A stretch of DNA of 64,000 bases. Source: a candidate division FCPU426 bacterium (GTDB lineage Bacteria > Oederibacteriota > Muellerivitia > Muellerivitales > Muellerivitaceae). The stretch spans positions 32,001 to 96,000 of the forward strand of contig CAWKAR010000028.1 in NCBI GenBank assembly GCA_963847625.1, read 5' to 3'. The notes beneath the pieces are model-generated. The model did not search any database. It was not told where the DNA came from and worked only from the letters and a program-made list of their open reading frames with translations. Positions 38,194 to 49,132 of this stretch are shown piece by piece. The position numbers were made by a program, and so were the translations under genes. How positions within the stretch are numbered: the first letter of the stretch is position 1; each line of letters opens with the position of its first letter.

Positions 38194-40674
38194 ATGCCCG
38201 TGATAAACTCTCCTTACAAATCCAACCGAGGCCTTTCCATCCGAAAAACTCTTTTTCTCCTTCTCCCTTTTTTCTTTTGCGCCGGCCTGCAGGCAGCCAC
38301 GATCACTTTCACTGTGGATACGAGTGCTCCCGTATCGGTCATCCCTCCTTATTGTTATGGTTCCAACAATATCATCACCAACAATCCAACCACTCAGACA
38401 ACCCCGACAATCACCCTGGTTAATAACATTCCCCTCTATCGGCAGGGCGGCAACCGCCTCACAGCATACAACTGGGAAAATAACGCCTCCAACGCTGGCA
38501 TGGATTGGGGTCCCAACCATGAGGATTGGTATATGGTGCCAAACAATGTCTTGCCCCCGGGTATGCCGGCAACAACCTTGACTTCTTTCATCCTAAGCAA
38601 CAACGCCGTCCTGGCCGCTTCCCTGGTCACTCTGCAAATGGCCGGTTATGTCTCGGCCGACGGCAACTGCAACTGCGACGTGACTGTCACCGGGGCGGCG
38701 GACACTAGCGGCACCTATTGGAAGACGGTCAGCTTCACCGGAGGCCCTTCTTCGGGCACCCCGGTCACTACCGATAATGTGGTTTACATGGACGAAGCGA
38801 TGCACTATCTGGTGAACAGCGTCGGATCCGCCGGGAGGGGGGGAGCCCTCTTTTACGACTTGGACAACGAGCCGGGCATTTGGAACGGCACCCATCCTCT
38901 CGTCCATCCCGCCCAGGCCGCTTGTTCCGAAGTTGCCGGTAAAGGAGTCAGCCTGGCCACAGTGATTACCTCCATCGATCCGGGAGCCCAGGTCCTGGGA
39001 CCGGTTGCTTATGGCTGGGGAGAATACACCAATAACCAAGGTGCGCCGGATGCCGTTAATCTTTCTTCCTACGACAATGGCAACTATATTCCCTACTTGA
39101 ATTATTACCTGGCCACGATGAACACCGCGTCCAGTTCTGCTAGCCGGCGGCTTTTACATTACCTGGACCTGCATTGGTATCCTGAGGCGACTGGAAACGG
39201 AGTACGCATTACCAACGATGATACCAGCCAACTGGTCGCCATTGCCCGCATGCAGGCACCTCGGAGCCTTTGGGACCCCACTTATACTGAAACCAGTTGG
39301 ATCGCCCAAAACTCACTTCCAAACTCCCCCATCACTCTCATCCCCCGCCTCCAAGCCGCGGTCAGCCAATATTATCACGGGACAAAACTATTCTTTTCGG
39401 AGTACCAATACGGGTCCGGCGAGGACATATCCGGCGGGGTAGCCCAGGCGGACGCACTGGGAATTTTCGGAAAGTACGGGGTAGGAGCCTGCCGGTGGGA
39501 CGACGGCACCAACAACGCCTATGTCGGCGCGGCTTTCAACCTCTACTTGAACTATAACGGGGCCGGGGCTGGTTTTGGGGACCTTTCAATGCCCCTCTCG
39601 GTTCCCAGTGCCAGTATCGCCCTGGCTTCCGGCTACGCCTCGCGAAGCAATTCCCAACCCAACAAAATCTGGATCGTGGCCATCAGCCGGAATTATTCCT
39701 CGGCCTCCGTCACGGACACCGGAAGTTTCACACTTAACAACCTGTCGGGTGGCCAAGGCATTTCCTCGATCAAGTCTTACCGGTTTGACTCTACCCATTC
39801 CACCCTTTACAGTCCAGTCGCGCCCGTCACGACCTCGGCGACCAGTTTTACCGACAACCTCCCGGGACGTTCCGGCACCCTCTATGAAATCACCCTGAAC
39901 CAAACCTTTATCACCTTCACCCCTTCACCCACCGCCACTTCCATGGCAACACCCACCAAAACACCCACCCCCACCAATTCTCCAACGCTTACCCGGACCC
40001 ACACGTTCACGGCAACCCTGACCCCTAGCCAGACCAAAACTTCAACAATCACTCCTACTCTAACGATTACAGCGGTCATGCTTACACCGGCGATCACCTT
40101 GACTCCCACCGATACCATCAGTCCCACTCCATGGCCGACAGGTGTTCCCACATATACTTATACCGACACTCCGACTGCCACAGATACTTTGACGATAACG
40201 AGCACTCCGACGAGCACTCCGCCGCCGACCATCACCTGGACCCAAACCGACACTCCGACCTTTACAGACACCTTGACGGCGACGAACTCACCAACGAACA
40301 CCCCGTCGCCGACTTTCACCTGGACCCAAACCGAAACCTATTCCCCCACGGCGACGTCCTCGCCAACCCTCTCAATGACCCCCACCCCCAGTTGTTTTTA
40401 TGTCGGTATGAACGTGTTTCAACCCAGCCAGGCGCCCGTCACCATCAGTTTCTGCCATTCAAATTCGGGTCATTATTCCCTGAAAATTTACAATTCAGCC
40501 GGTGAGCATATTAAAACCTTTCTCGACGGGCACATCGGAGTCTCACCAGCCTCCCAGACTTATCTTTGGGACGGGACGAACAAAGACAACGACGAATGCG
40601 CCAGCGGGGTTTATTTACTTAAGCTTTCCAAACCCAATGGAACACAGTGGAAGAGGATCATCCTTATCAAATAG
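38194..40674 (+). CDS. GH44 endoglucanase/xyloglucanase with Thr/Pro stalk and FlgD-Ig/T9SS-like C-terminal domain
   Basis: RQGGNRLTAYNWENNASNAG.DW, LDNEPGIW, LDLHWYPE, RSLWDPTY.E.SWI, SEYQYG; ~160-aa stalk; [10 protein letters not shown]...WDG...ASGVY...KRIILIK. Confidence 0.9.
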   Translation: MPVINSPYKSNRGLSIRKTLFLLLPFFFCAGLQAATITFTVDTSAPVSVIPPYCYGSNNIITNNPTTQTTPTITLVNNIPLYRQGGNRLTAYNWENNASNAGMDWGPNHEDWYMVPNNVLPPGMPATTLTSFILSNNAVLAASLVTLQMAGYVSADGNCNCDVTVTGAADTSGTYWKTVSFTGGPSSGTPVTTDNVVYMDEAMHYLVNSVGSAGRGGALFYDLDNEPGIWNGTHPLVHPAQAACSEVAGKGVSLATVITSIDPGAQVLGPVAYGWGEYTNNQGAPDAVNLSSYDNGNYIPYLNYYLATMNTASSSASRRLLHYLDLHWYPEATGNGVRITNDDTSQLVAIARMQAPRSLWDPTYTETSWIAQNSLPNSPITLIPRLQAAVSQYYHGTKLFFSEYQYGSGEDISGGVAQADALGIFGKYGVGACRWDDGTNNAYVGAAFNLYLNYNGAGAGFGDLSMPLSVPSASIALASGYASRSNSQPNKIWIVAISRNYSSASVTDTGSFTLNNLSGGQGISSIKSYRFDSTHSTLYSPVAPVTTSATSFTDNLPGRSGTLYEITLNQTFITFTPSPTATSMATPTKTPTPTNSPTLTRTHTFTATLTPSQTKTSTITPTLTITAVMLTPAITLTPTDTISPTPWPTGVPTYTYTDTPTATDTLTITSTPTSTPPPTITWTQTDTPTFTDTLTATNSPTNTPSPTFTWTQTETYSPTATSSPTLSMTPTPSCFYVGMNVFQPSQAPVTISFCHSNSGHYSLKIYNSAGEHIKTFLDGHIGVSPASQTYLWDGTNKDNDECASGVYLLKLSKPNGTQWKRIILIK

Positions 40675-40847
40675 ACGGATTTCATCCGAAAGACCTCGGA
40701 GACCCCTCGTTGCTTCGGTCTAACCCTTCCCGGCAACAGTTGCCCTTTACCTGTGTGGCCTCCTAAACATGTCCCTTCGTGCTGCTTTTCTTTTTTTAGA
40801 AAGCCCCTTAAAATTACCTTTCTTTGATTCCAAGCGGTGGAGAGAAT

Positions 40848-42227
40848 ATGTTCGAGCAGTTAACCGAGAAAATCCAAAAGGTTTTCAAGAACCTCCGGGG
40901 GCAGGGAAAGCTGACCGAGGAGAACGTCCAAGAGGCCCTGAAAGAAGTCCGCCTCGCGCTTTTGGACGCCGATGTGAATGTCGAAACCGCCAGGCTTTTC
41001 CTGGAAAAAGTTGAGGAAAAGTCCCTGGGACGGGAAGTCGCCCTCAGCCTGACCCCCGGCCAGGTCATGATCAAGATCGTCCACGATGAGTTGATCCAAC
41101 TTCTGACCCCGAAGGACCGCAACGCGGTCAAATTGAAGTTCGCCCCAGCTCCCCCCACCTTGATCCTGTTGGCGGGTCTCCAGGGCACCGGCAAGACGAC
41201 CACTGCCGCCAAACTGGCCCTTTGGTTCAAGAAAGACGGCCGCAAACCCGGCCTCGTGGCGGCCGACCTGGTCCGTCCGGCCGCGGTGGACCAGTTGGCC
41301 GTGCTGGCCAAGGAAATCGGCGTCCCCCTCTTCCGACCGGAACCCGGCGAAAAGGCGCTGGATGTCTGCTTGAGGGCGGTCAAGACCTGCCTGCAGAACG
41401 ACGCCAACATCCTCGTCTTGGATACGGCGGGACGTCTTCAGATCGACCAGGAAATGATGGACGAGATCGCCGAGATCCATAAAAAGCTCAAGCCTACCAA
41501 TGTCATGCTGGTCGTGGACGCCATGACCGGCCAGAACGCGGTCAACGTGGCCAAGGCCTTCCACTCCCGCCTGGCCTTGACCGGCCTAGTGCTGACCAAA
41601 GCGGACGGGGACGCCCGCGGCGGCGCCGTTTTTTCCATCACCTCCGTCACGGGAATACCCATCCAGTTCGTGGGGGTGAGCGAAAAGATGGACGGCCTGG
41701 AACCCTTTTATCCGGACCGAATGGCCTCCCGGATCCTTGGATTGGGCGACATCCTGACCCTGGTGGAAAAAGTCGAGGAAGCTGCCCGCCAAACCGCTTT
41801 TGAGAAACAAAAACTTTCCAAACCATCGGATTTCAACATGGACGACCTACTTGAGCAAATCCGCCAATTGAAAAAAATGGGTTCGATGGACGAACTCATT
41901 TCCATGATGCCGGGTGATCCCGCGAAAAAAAAGCAAATGATGGCGGGCGCACCGGACGAAAAAAAGATCAAACGAATGGAAGCCATCCTGTTGTCCATGA
42001 CGCAAAAAGAAAGGAAGTTCCCTCAGTTGTTGGACGGTTCCCGAAAACGACGCATCGCTGCCGGAAGCGGAACCAGGCCCGACGAGATCAACCAGCTTCT
42101 GAAGCAATACGACCTCATGCATAAGATGATGAAAAAAGGGGGCCTGACGCAAAAAGTCCAAAACCTGATGGGAAGTCAGGGATTAGGTGGTTTCCCCACG
42201 GGAATGCCCCCCGGTTTTCCTCGTTAG
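40848..42227 (+). CDS. ffh: Signal recognition particle protein
   Basis: MFEQL start; ALLDADV, GLQGTGKTT, DTAGRL, DAMTGQ, TKADGDARGG; Met-rich M domain. Confidence 0.98.
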   Translation: MFEQLTEKIQKVFKNLRGQGKLTEENVQEALKEVRLALLDADVNVETARLFLEKVEEKSLGREVALSLTPGQVMIKIVHDELIQLLTPKDRNAVKLKFAPAPPTLILLAGLQGTGKTTTAAKLALWFKKDGRKPGLVAADLVRPAAVDQLAVLAKEIGVPLFRPEPGEKALDVCLRAVKTCLQNDANILVLDTAGRLQIDQEMMDEIAEIHKKLKPTNVMLVVDAMTGQNAVNVAKAFHSRLALTGLVLTKADGDARGGAVFSITSVTGIPIQFVGVSEKMDGLEPFYPDRMASRILGLGDILTLVEKVEEAARQTAFEKQKLSKPSDFNMDDLLEQIRQLKKMGSMDELISMMPGDPAKKKQMMAGAPDEKKIKRMEAILLSMTQKERKFPQLLDGSRKRRIAAGSGTRPDEINQLLKQYDLMHKMMKKGGLTQKVQNLMGSQGLGGFPTGMPPGFPR

Positions 42228-42332
42228 AAAAACCTATATTTAAAGGGTTTGCGTTGACCTTTGAAAAGCCAGGGCGATACAATGACGTCCCACTCGCGAT
42301 TTCACACTCTATCTCCAAGGTAAATTTTTTCC

Positions 42333-44303
42333 ATGGGACTTTTCACTAGCAAGGACGACAAGAAAAAAGAACATTTGGAATCTGCCCAAAAGTTCATCGA
42401 TCAGGGCGAAACGACAAAGGCTTTTAAGGAACTTCAAAAAGCCCTTGAAATCGACCCTGACTGTAAGGAAGCCCATACCGCCATGGCTTTCCTTTACTCG
42501 GACATGGGCCAGCAGGACAACGCCATCGAGATCTTCCGCAAGGTCATTTCCATCGATAACAACTCCAGCGAAGCTTGGAACAACTTGGGGCTTTTTCTGG
42601 CCCGAGCTGAAAGATACCAGGAGTCCATCAAAACCTTCGAGGATGCCATTTCCCGCCATCCAAAAGTGGCCACCTATTACAACAACTTGGGGAATGTTTA
42701 TTACGAATTGGGCCAGTATGCCCAAGCCATGCAGGTCTTCCAAATCGCCATGGACTTGGACCCCTCTTACGCCGACTCTTACAACCGTTTAGGCATCGAC
42801 AAGGACACCACCGGAAACATGGAAGTGGCCTTGAGACGTCTGGAGGAGGCGTCTAAAAGCGGAAAGAACAAAGCCAAGACCGCTTTTGACATGGGAACCC
42901 TTTACGCCAAGCAGGAGCTTTTGGACAAGGCCATCAAGTCCTTTCAGGAAGCCATCCGCTTGGATCCCCGTTTCGAGGGGGCGTTCATGGCCTTGGGATT
43001 CGCCTATGAGAAAAAGGGCGACCTGCAAAAAGCCCTGGAAACCTTTGGTACGGTCATCACCTTGAATCCGCAAAGCGCCAAGGTCCATAACACGGTGGGC
43101 TTGATCCTCGACAAGCTCCGGCTCTACAAGCAGGCCATCAATGAGTACCGGATCGCCATCAAGTTGGAGCCCAGTTATAACAACGCCCATTTCATCTTGG
43201 GGCAAGTCTATGAGAACAAGGGAATCACCCAAAAGGCCATCGGGGAATTCGAGAAGTATATCCGCATCCATGAGAAGGGCGCCATGGTGGAGGAGGCCAA
43301 GTCCCGTATCGCGCGGCTCAAGAATATTTCCATCGAGGAAGTGGATCGGATCCTGGACATGAAAAAGGACGATGCCCCGACCCTAGCACAAGGAACGGAA
43401 AAATCCGAAGCGGCTCCAAAACAGGAAAGCGGGGCAGCCACCACCGCCGAAATCCAGGAAAAGTTTGGGGTGAAACTGACTGACCCCAAGGAATACCTGA
43501 AACAAATGCTAGCTAAAGCCAAGGCGGCTAAGACCGCGCAGATGGATAAGACCAACGCTCCCGGCGATAAAAGCGTCACCGCTTCCCTTCCGGCCGGAAC
43601 CACTCCAAACGCCAAGGTGAGTTCGACCCCAACAGTTCCGGCAAAACTCGAAGCCCCTTCGGGACAAACCGCACAAGTCTCGCGGTCAGAAGCTTCCGAT
43701 TCCCCTGCACCAAGGATCGAAACAAAAGAAACGAACGAAGAAAAGATTGCGGATTTAACCCCTACTTCACAGCCTGCACCCTCCGCCCCCCCTTCGGAAG
43801 AGCCGATTTCAAAGGAAAATCAGGTTATTTCCCACTCTGCCCCCGTTTTTGCAGATATTCCCCTGGTTCAAGTAGAGAAAGATAAAGGCCATCATAAAGA
43901 TCACGGGGAACAGGTTCTTGATCAACCCCCTTCGAATACCATGCCCATTCATTTTGAAGGCGAGGATGATACTGCTTCTTCCATCCCGGTTTATTCCCCG
44001 GGCCAACCCATACCTGCCTCAGCCCTGGACGGTTACTTATTGGACGAGCATGAGGTATTGGAGGCCATTGTCCGAGTGGACACCCAGAATGTGGAACAAG
44101 AAGCCCAAGTATTGGAAGCCGTCGAGGCGATCCAAGTATCCAAGCATGCGAGCGAGGATGAACTTCTGGAGGATCCCATTCCCGAACCCATCCCACCCGT
44201 CCCTCTTCCTTCGGAGGAACAAAAATCTCCGCCCGCCGAGAAGGCTCCCCCGCCGCCACCCGATTTGCCGTCGAAAATTAACATCAAGCGTGGATTCTTT
44301 TGA
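42333..44303 (+). CDS. TPR protein with long acidic/Pro-rich low-complexity C-terminal half
   Basis: About 9 TPRs in the first ~330 aa, then an E/P/A/S-rich region ending KRGFF. Confidence 0.85.
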   Translation: MGLFTSKDDKKKEHLESAQKFIDQGETTKAFKELQKALEIDPDCKEAHTAMAFLYSDMGQQDNAIEIFRKVISIDNNSSEAWNNLGLFLARAERYQESIKTFEDAISRHPKVATYYNNLGNVYYELGQYAQAMQVFQIAMDLDPSYADSYNRLGIDKDTTGNMEVALRRLEEASKSGKNKAKTAFDMGTLYAKQELLDKAIKSFQEAIRLDPRFEGAFMALGFAYEKKGDLQKALETFGTVITLNPQSAKVHNTVGLILDKLRLYKQAINEYRIAIKLEPSYNNAHFILGQVYENKGITQKAIGEFEKYIRIHEKGAMVEEAKSRIARLKNISIEEVDRILDMKKDDAPTLAQGTEKSEAAPKQESGAATTAEIQEKFGVKLTDPKEYLKQMLAKAKAAKTAQMDKTNAPGDKSVTASLPAGTTPNAKVSSTPTVPAKLEAPSGQTAQVSRSEASDSPAPRIETKETNEEKIADLTPTSQPAPSAPPSEEPISKENQVISHSAPVFADIPLVQVEKDKGHHKDHGEQVLDQPPSNTMPIHFEGEDDTASSIPVYSPGQPIPASALDGYLLDEHEVLEAIVRVDTQNVEQEAQVLEAVEAIQVSKHASEDELLEDPIPEPIPPVPLPSEEQKSPPAEKAPPPPPDLPSKINIKRGFF

Positions 44304-44543
44304 GGGATGTTTTATTTTTTAAAAAACAGTGAATCCTGAAACAGTTGAAAAATTCCAATAGTTTTGCTTTCCAGCCGATCTCACGGCTTCGACTGTGGAA
44401 TTTAGGTTTAAGGATCCTTGGTTAAATCTCAGTAAGTGGTAATAGCAGGGCTTTGATGATTGTGACTCGTTTCGTTTTTTGTTGCGTCTTTGGAGAACAT
44501 TTCTAAAATTGGCTGGAGGTTTGGCCAACGCAAGGAGTTTCAA

Positions 44544-44999
44544 ATGCCTGATTTAAGTTATCTCACCAAATACGGCCCCTTTAAAACCTTCAATGGAAAC
44601 GACCTGGAAGCGCTGGGTTCCATCGGGGAGGAGATAAAGGTTAAAAAGGATGATCTGGTTTTCGACGAAGATTCCAGGGGTGACAGTATGTATATCCTGA
44701 AATCCGGGTCGGTCAAGATCATCAAAAAGGTCAAGAACCAGGAAAACACGATCGCGGTTTTGAACGCCGGTGAATTTTTCGGTGAGATGGCACTTTTGGA
44801 CGGACTTCCCCGTTCCGCCGCCGTCCGCGCCACGGGCGACTGCGAACTCTTTCAAATCACCCTGGAGGGGTACCAAGGTCTCCGGTTGGAAAAACCGCAG
44901 ACCGCCTTGAAATTAATGGATGTGATTATCAAGGTCCTTTCCAACCGACTTCGACAAGCCAATAAAAACCTTGAAGTCATCAGTTTTTGGATCGAGTAA
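44544..44999 (+). CDS. Stand-alone cyclic-nucleotide-binding domain protein
   Basis: AAGGAG RBS; GDSMYILKSG, GEFFGEMALLDGLPRSAAVRA; no HTH. Confidence 0.9.
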   Translation: MPDLSYLTKYGPFKTFNGNDLEALGSIGEEIKVKKDDLVFDEDSRGDSMYILKSGSVKIIKKVKNQENTIAVLNAGEFFGEMALLDGLPRSAAVRATGDCELFQITLEGYQGLRLEKPQTALKLMDVIIKVLSNRLRQANKNLEVISFWIE

Positions 45000-45050
45000 G
45001 AGTCGAGCTGAATTTTTAATCCAAAACTCGATTGATTTTTCCAGCGGAAT

Positions 45051-45081
45051 AAAAAAAGCCTCGGAATGAATCCGAGGCCTT
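45051..45081 (-). terminator. Rho-independent terminator between convergent genes
   Basis: GCCTCGGA-ATGAA-TCCGAGGC stem with A7 on its left (U-tract on the minus strand). Confidence 0.8.
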
Positions 45082-45130
45082 CAAGAAAGATTCTTATTGT
45101 ATATGTCTCGCTACTTTAAGGTTTTGTCGT

Positions 45131-45418
45131 TTACACAGCGGGTTTTGATTCCTCTTTTTTAGTTTCCTGCTCCAACTTCCATTGCAACCGGCGGTTTTCA
45201 CGTTCTTCATCCTTCTGCATGGTCCCAACGATGTTGCCGATGCGAGCCTGGATATTCTTCAGGGCTTTTTCATTTCCCCCGCCAAAATCGGGAACAACCA
45301 CCTCCCCGAAATTGTTGATATGGGTTTTCGCGTAGGATTTCCCTTTTTCCACGTACAACTCCACTAGGTATTCCTTCTCATGGACAGTAACTTTTACTTT
45401 TTCGCCGGTTGGGGCCAT
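45131..45418 (-). CDS. Small hypothetical protein
   Basis: 95-aa ORF, AAGGTGG RBS, followed by the terminator. Confidence 0.7.
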   Translation of the reverse strand: MAPTGEKVKVTVHEKEYLVELYVEKGKSYAKTHINNFGEVVVPDFGGGNEKALKNIQARIGNIVGTMQKDEERENRRLQWKLEQETKKEESKPAV

Positions 45419-45605
45419 AAACCACCTTGATTTTATAGGATTTCAAGCGGGCCGTATATTAACCACCCCCTGGCAGTTTTTCAAGCCTTTGCGGGTTATG
45501 CCCGAAATAATTGTTGTATTTCAAGTGCATATTTTCTTGATTCTTTCAGAGGCTCTTGTTATCAATAAATCCATTCTCATATCCCCAGGTTCAGGATTCA
45601 AATAT

Positions 45606-47141
45606 ATGCTAGCGAATATCCGAAGCGCAGCCCTTCTGGGAATCGACGCTTATCCCATCGAATGCGAAGTAGATATCTGCCCGGGGCTTCCTACTTTTCA
45701 AACCGTGGGGCTCCCGGACGCTGCAGTCAAGGAATCCAAGGACCGGGTTAAAAGCGCCATTTCCAATTCCCAATTTTCCTTTCCCATCCAGCGCATTACG
45801 GTCAACCTGGCCCCCGCAGATACGAAAAAAGAAGGACCCTCCTTCGATCTTCCCATGGGGGTGGGCATCCTGGTGGCGTCAGGCAAGCTTCCCCAAAAGG
45901 CCGCTGACGGTTTTTGGATGGTAGGAGAATTGGCCTTGGATGGAAAAATCCGGTCCATCCGGGGAGCCCTTTCAATCTCCCTTGCGGCGAGGGATTCGAG
46001 AGTGAAGGGCCTGCTGGTTCCCGCCGAGAATGCGAAGGAAGCGGCTGTCGTGGGTGAGGTACCAGTTATCGCCGTCAAGAACCTGAGGGAAACATACGAG
46101 TTTTTATGTGGTGCCAAAATCCTCCCCCGCACCCAAGTGGACGTCGAGGCAGAATTTCGGCAGCATTCCAGTTACAAAGTGGACTTTTCCGACGTGAAGG
46201 GCCAGGAGAACGCCAAGCGCGGTTTGGAGATCGGGGCCGCTGGCGGCCATAATATCCTGCTGGTCGGCCCACCGGGCTCGGGCAAGACCATGCTGACCAA
46301 ACGCCTTCCCACTATCCTGCCTCCCTTGTCGCTGGAGGAGGCCATCCAAACCACCAAGATCCACTCCATCGCCGGCACCCTGGGCCGGAGAAAGGCCTTG
46401 ATGGGCACCCGGCCCTTTCGATCCCCCCACCACACGGTGTCCGACGCGGGCCTCATCGGAGGGGGAACTATTCCCAAGCCGGGGGAGGTCAGTCTCTCCC
46501 ATAACGGCGTCCTTTTCCTCGACGAGTTCCCCGAGTTCAACAAAAACGTCCTGGAAGTGCTCCGCCAGCCCCTGGAGGACGGCATGGTGACCATTTCCCG
46601 GGTCCAGTCCACGCTCACCTTTCCCGCCCAATTCATGCTGGCGGCGGCCATGAACCCTTGCCCATGCGGTTACTACACGGACCCATCCAAGGAATGCACC
46701 TGCACCCCGCACCAAATACAAAAATACCTCAGCAAGATTTCCGGCCCCCTTCTGGACCGCATCGATCTTCATATCGAGGTTCCTTCCCTGAAATGGAAGG
46801 AGATCGCCGGCGATCAATGCGGAGAGTCCTCAGCCGACATCCGGGAACGAGTCGGAAAGGCGCGCAAGATTCAGCAAGCAAGATTCTCCGGCGAGGGAAT
46901 CCATTGCAACGCGCAGATGACCACCCCGCACCTGAGGCGTTTCTGCCCCCTCGACGAACCATCCCAATCCCTTTTAAAAACCGCGATGGAGAAATTCGGC
47001 CTCTCGGCCAGGGCTTACGACCGGATCCTGAAGGTTGCCCGAACCATCGCGGACCTGGATGGCGAGGCTTCCATCAAACCCGCTTTTGTGGCCGAAGCCA
47101 TCCAATACCGAAACCTGGACCGCAGCGTCTGGCGGAACTAA
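45606..47141 (+). CDS. comM: YifB/ComM Mg-chelatase-like AAA+ ATPase
   Basis: VGLPDAAVKESKDRV, NLAPAD..KEG, GPPGSGKTML, PFRSPHH, LFLDEFPEF, AAMNPCPCG, SGPLLDRID. Confidence 0.95.
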   Translation: MLANIRSAALLGIDAYPIECEVDICPGLPTFQTVGLPDAAVKESKDRVKSAISNSQFSFPIQRITVNLAPADTKKEGPSFDLPMGVGILVASGKLPQKAADGFWMVGELALDGKIRSIRGALSISLAARDSRVKGLLVPAENAKEAAVVGEVPVIAVKNLRETYEFLCGAKILPRTQVDVEAEFRQHSSYKVDFSDVKGQENAKRGLEIGAAGGHNILLVGPPGSGKTMLTKRLPTILPPLSLEEAIQTTKIHSIAGTLGRRKALMGTRPFRSPHHTVSDAGLIGGGTIPKPGEVSLSHNGVLFLDEFPEFNKNVLEVLRQPLEDGMVTISRVQSTLTFPAQFMLAAAMNPCPCGYYTDPSKECTCTPHQIQKYLSKISGPLLDRIDLHIEVPSLKWKEIAGDQCGESSADIRERVGKARKIQQARFSGEGIHCNAQMTTPHLRRFCPLDEPSQSLLKTAMEKFGLSARAYDRILKVARTIADLDGEASIKPAFVAEAIQYRNLDRSVWRN

Positions 47142-47208
47142 CCGTTTATAGCGGGGATAAATTTGGTTTATTCTCCGAAAACAACAATTTTCAACGTAAA
47201 ATAAACCT

Positions 47209-47904
47209 GTGAAAAAATACCTTTTTACCATTCTCATTGTTTTTGTTTTCGGCACTTTGCGGACCGCGCAAGCATCGGAGGAACTGGAAATCCCCAACTT
47301 CAGCCTCTTGGGCCAGCTGGGAGGAAGCTTGTGCAAGGGGTTTTTGGGCAACGGGAACCCCTTTCCCGAGGGTGGGCTTTGGTTTGGGATAGGCCTCTCC
47401 AACCGCTGGGATGGGTATTGGGGTTTCGACTACAACTCCATGCCGAACCAGGTCATCACGATGCCCAACCATGACATCAACCTCAATATCGACAGGAACT
47501 CCAATCCTGTCACCACGGTCATTACCGTCCAACCGACGGATGATTTCGCCCTTACGGTCAATACCAGGTGGTATTTGAACGACAAGTACGATTTCACGCA
47601 TCAGCGATTCAATTCCGCTCCTTATGTTATCGGGGGAATTGGCATGGATATGGTGGTGGACCAGTATCCCAAACCCACCAATGGCAATTTTTACAGTAAT
47701 ACTTTGGACGTTTTATTATCGGCAAACGCCGGGGTGGGAATGGATTTTCCACTTAACGACGCCAAGCAATGGTTCCTCTACGCCGAAGGAATGGATCATT
47801 TCATTTTTTGGCAGGGTTTGACCCAGATCTACTCCATCCGTTTCGGTTTCAAGGTCATGCTGGACACGGCCCATGTGGACCCATTACGGGGAATGCTTCA
47901 ATGA
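47209..47904 (+). CDS. Exported protein, probable small outer-membrane beta-barrel
   Basis: Signal peptide (AQA); alternating aromatic/Gly strands (PYVIGGIG, NAGVGMDF, FLYAEG, IRFGFKV). Confidence 0.6.
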   Translation: MKKYLFTILIVFVFGTLRTAQASEELEIPNFSLLGQLGGSLCKGFLGNGNPFPEGGLWFGIGLSNRWDGYWGFDYNSMPNQVITMPNHDINLNIDRNSNPVTTVITVQPTDDFALTVNTRWYLNDKYDFTHQRFNSAPYVIGGIGMDMVVDQYPKPTNGNFYSNTLDVLLSANAGVGMDFPLNDAKQWFLYAEGMDHFIFWQGLTQIYSIRFGFKVMLDTAHVDPLRGMLQ

Positions 47905-48380
47905 TGGAATGGATCCCTCAAGGCGTTATCCAGGGCCATGCGGACCCATATTCCGATCTCCGGTGCCTGGCTTAGCCTAGGCCCAGCCACATTCAGGATT
48001 TTGGGCCGGTGAAAATCCAAGAATTCCCGGAACAGCCTTATGCCGTCCCCACCCCAGGGTAAGTGAATCCATGCCTTTCGGTGCTTGGCGGCGAGCTGGG
48101 CCGTGAGGAGCGATCCGCCGGTCATGTTTGGAAAAACGGTGAAGAGAGCCGTGGCGTCCGAATCCCGGACGTTCATTTCGGTCCTCTCGGCGTAATCGGC
48201 CGAGGGGGTTTCCTGAAGCAGGTACTTGTCCGGAATCCGCCCGTCCTCGGCCTTGCGTCCCTTGGGACACCATCCCCCGCGCGGCAGATGGTGGCGGATG
48301 GCCCAATCTAATGCCTCCCGGTCCGCGCCGGTTTGCCCCCCGGAAATGATTTTTTCAATCGGATACGCACCCATTTTCAT
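47898..48380 (-). CDS. Putative molybdenum carrier / circularly permuted YpsA SLOG protein
   Basis: IISGGQTGADR.ALD, GGWCPKGR.AEDG, RTEMNVRDSD, LNVAGPR.S. Confidence 0.9.
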   Translation of the reverse strand: MKMGAYPIEKIISGGQTGADREALDWAIRHHLPRGGWCPKGRKAEDGRIPDKYLLQETPSADYAERTEMNVRDSDATALFTVFPNMTGGSLLTAQLAAKHRKAWIHLPWGGDGIRLFREFLDFHRPKILNVAGPRLSQAPEIGIWVRMALDNALRDPFHH

Positions 48381-48403
48381 CCAAAACTTTCCGAACCGCT
48401 TGA

Positions 48404-49132
48404 CTATCCGTTTCCCTCAACTTCATTACCGGAAACAGCCATGTTTGCATTTTCCATCTGTGCCTTGGCGACAAGCATCATGTCTCGGATCATGCTGGCG
48501 ATGCGGGGATAATTTCGGATCTCCCGGCTGGCCAACGCCCTCTCGAAAAAGCGCCTGGCTTCCTTGAATAAACCCTGGCGGCGGTGCAACTCCCCAATCA
48601 AGTAAAGGATGCCGGGTTCTCCAAGTCGTTCTGGCAAGTCGCCGCCGTTTTCGTGGAAATCCTGGTATGCCTCGGCCATGACGGCCATTTCCCTTTCATG
48701 GTCCTTGCTCAAACGGTAGATCCAGACCAGGTGCATGTAGAGGCCCGCCAGGGCACCCCGGTCCAGGAAATTCCGCCGCTTTAAAAAAGCGATGGCCAGT
48801 TCATGGCGCTTGGCGGCCACTTCCGGAGTGCTGGAACCCAGCTGGAAAATATCCGGTTTTTTCTTGCCGGAATTCCTGATCTTCTTGGTGGCTTCCATGA
48901 TCTTGGGCTCGTATTCAACGCGGACTTTCTCGAATTCCTCGTTGCGGGCGGCATAGGTGCAATTCGGGCAAACCGTGACGGCGTATAAATAAGCGCACTC
49001 ATCCTCGTAAATATTCCCGAAGTCGCTTTCTTTCTCCTTGATCTTGATGACCGAGGCGCGCATCCGGGTGGTTTCAAATTCCGTGCGGCAAAAGGGGCAC
49101 TTCAATTTTTTATTCCACAGGGGGGTGTTCAT
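48404..49132 (-). CDS. DUF2225-family protein (Zn ribbon + TPR-like)
   Basis: CPFC...VCPNCTYA; LYMHLVWIYR; YLIGELHRRQG. Confidence 0.82.
   Translation of the reverse strand: MNTPLWNKKLKCPFCRTEFETTRMRASVIKIKEKESDFGNIYEDECAYLYAVTVCPNCTYAARNEEFEKVRVEYEPKIMEATKKIRNSGKKKPDIFQLGSSTPEVAAKRHELAIAFLKRRNFLDRGALAGLYMHLVWIYRLSKDHEREMAVMAEAYQDFHENGGDLPERLGEPGILYLIGELHRRQGLFKEARRFFERALASREIRNYPRIASMIRDMMLVAKAQMENANMAVSGNEVEGNG

Noticed and set aside
40675..40847. SRP RNA next to ffh
   Set aside because: The conserved domain IV motif (CAGG..GGAA..AGCAG) is not found on either strand.
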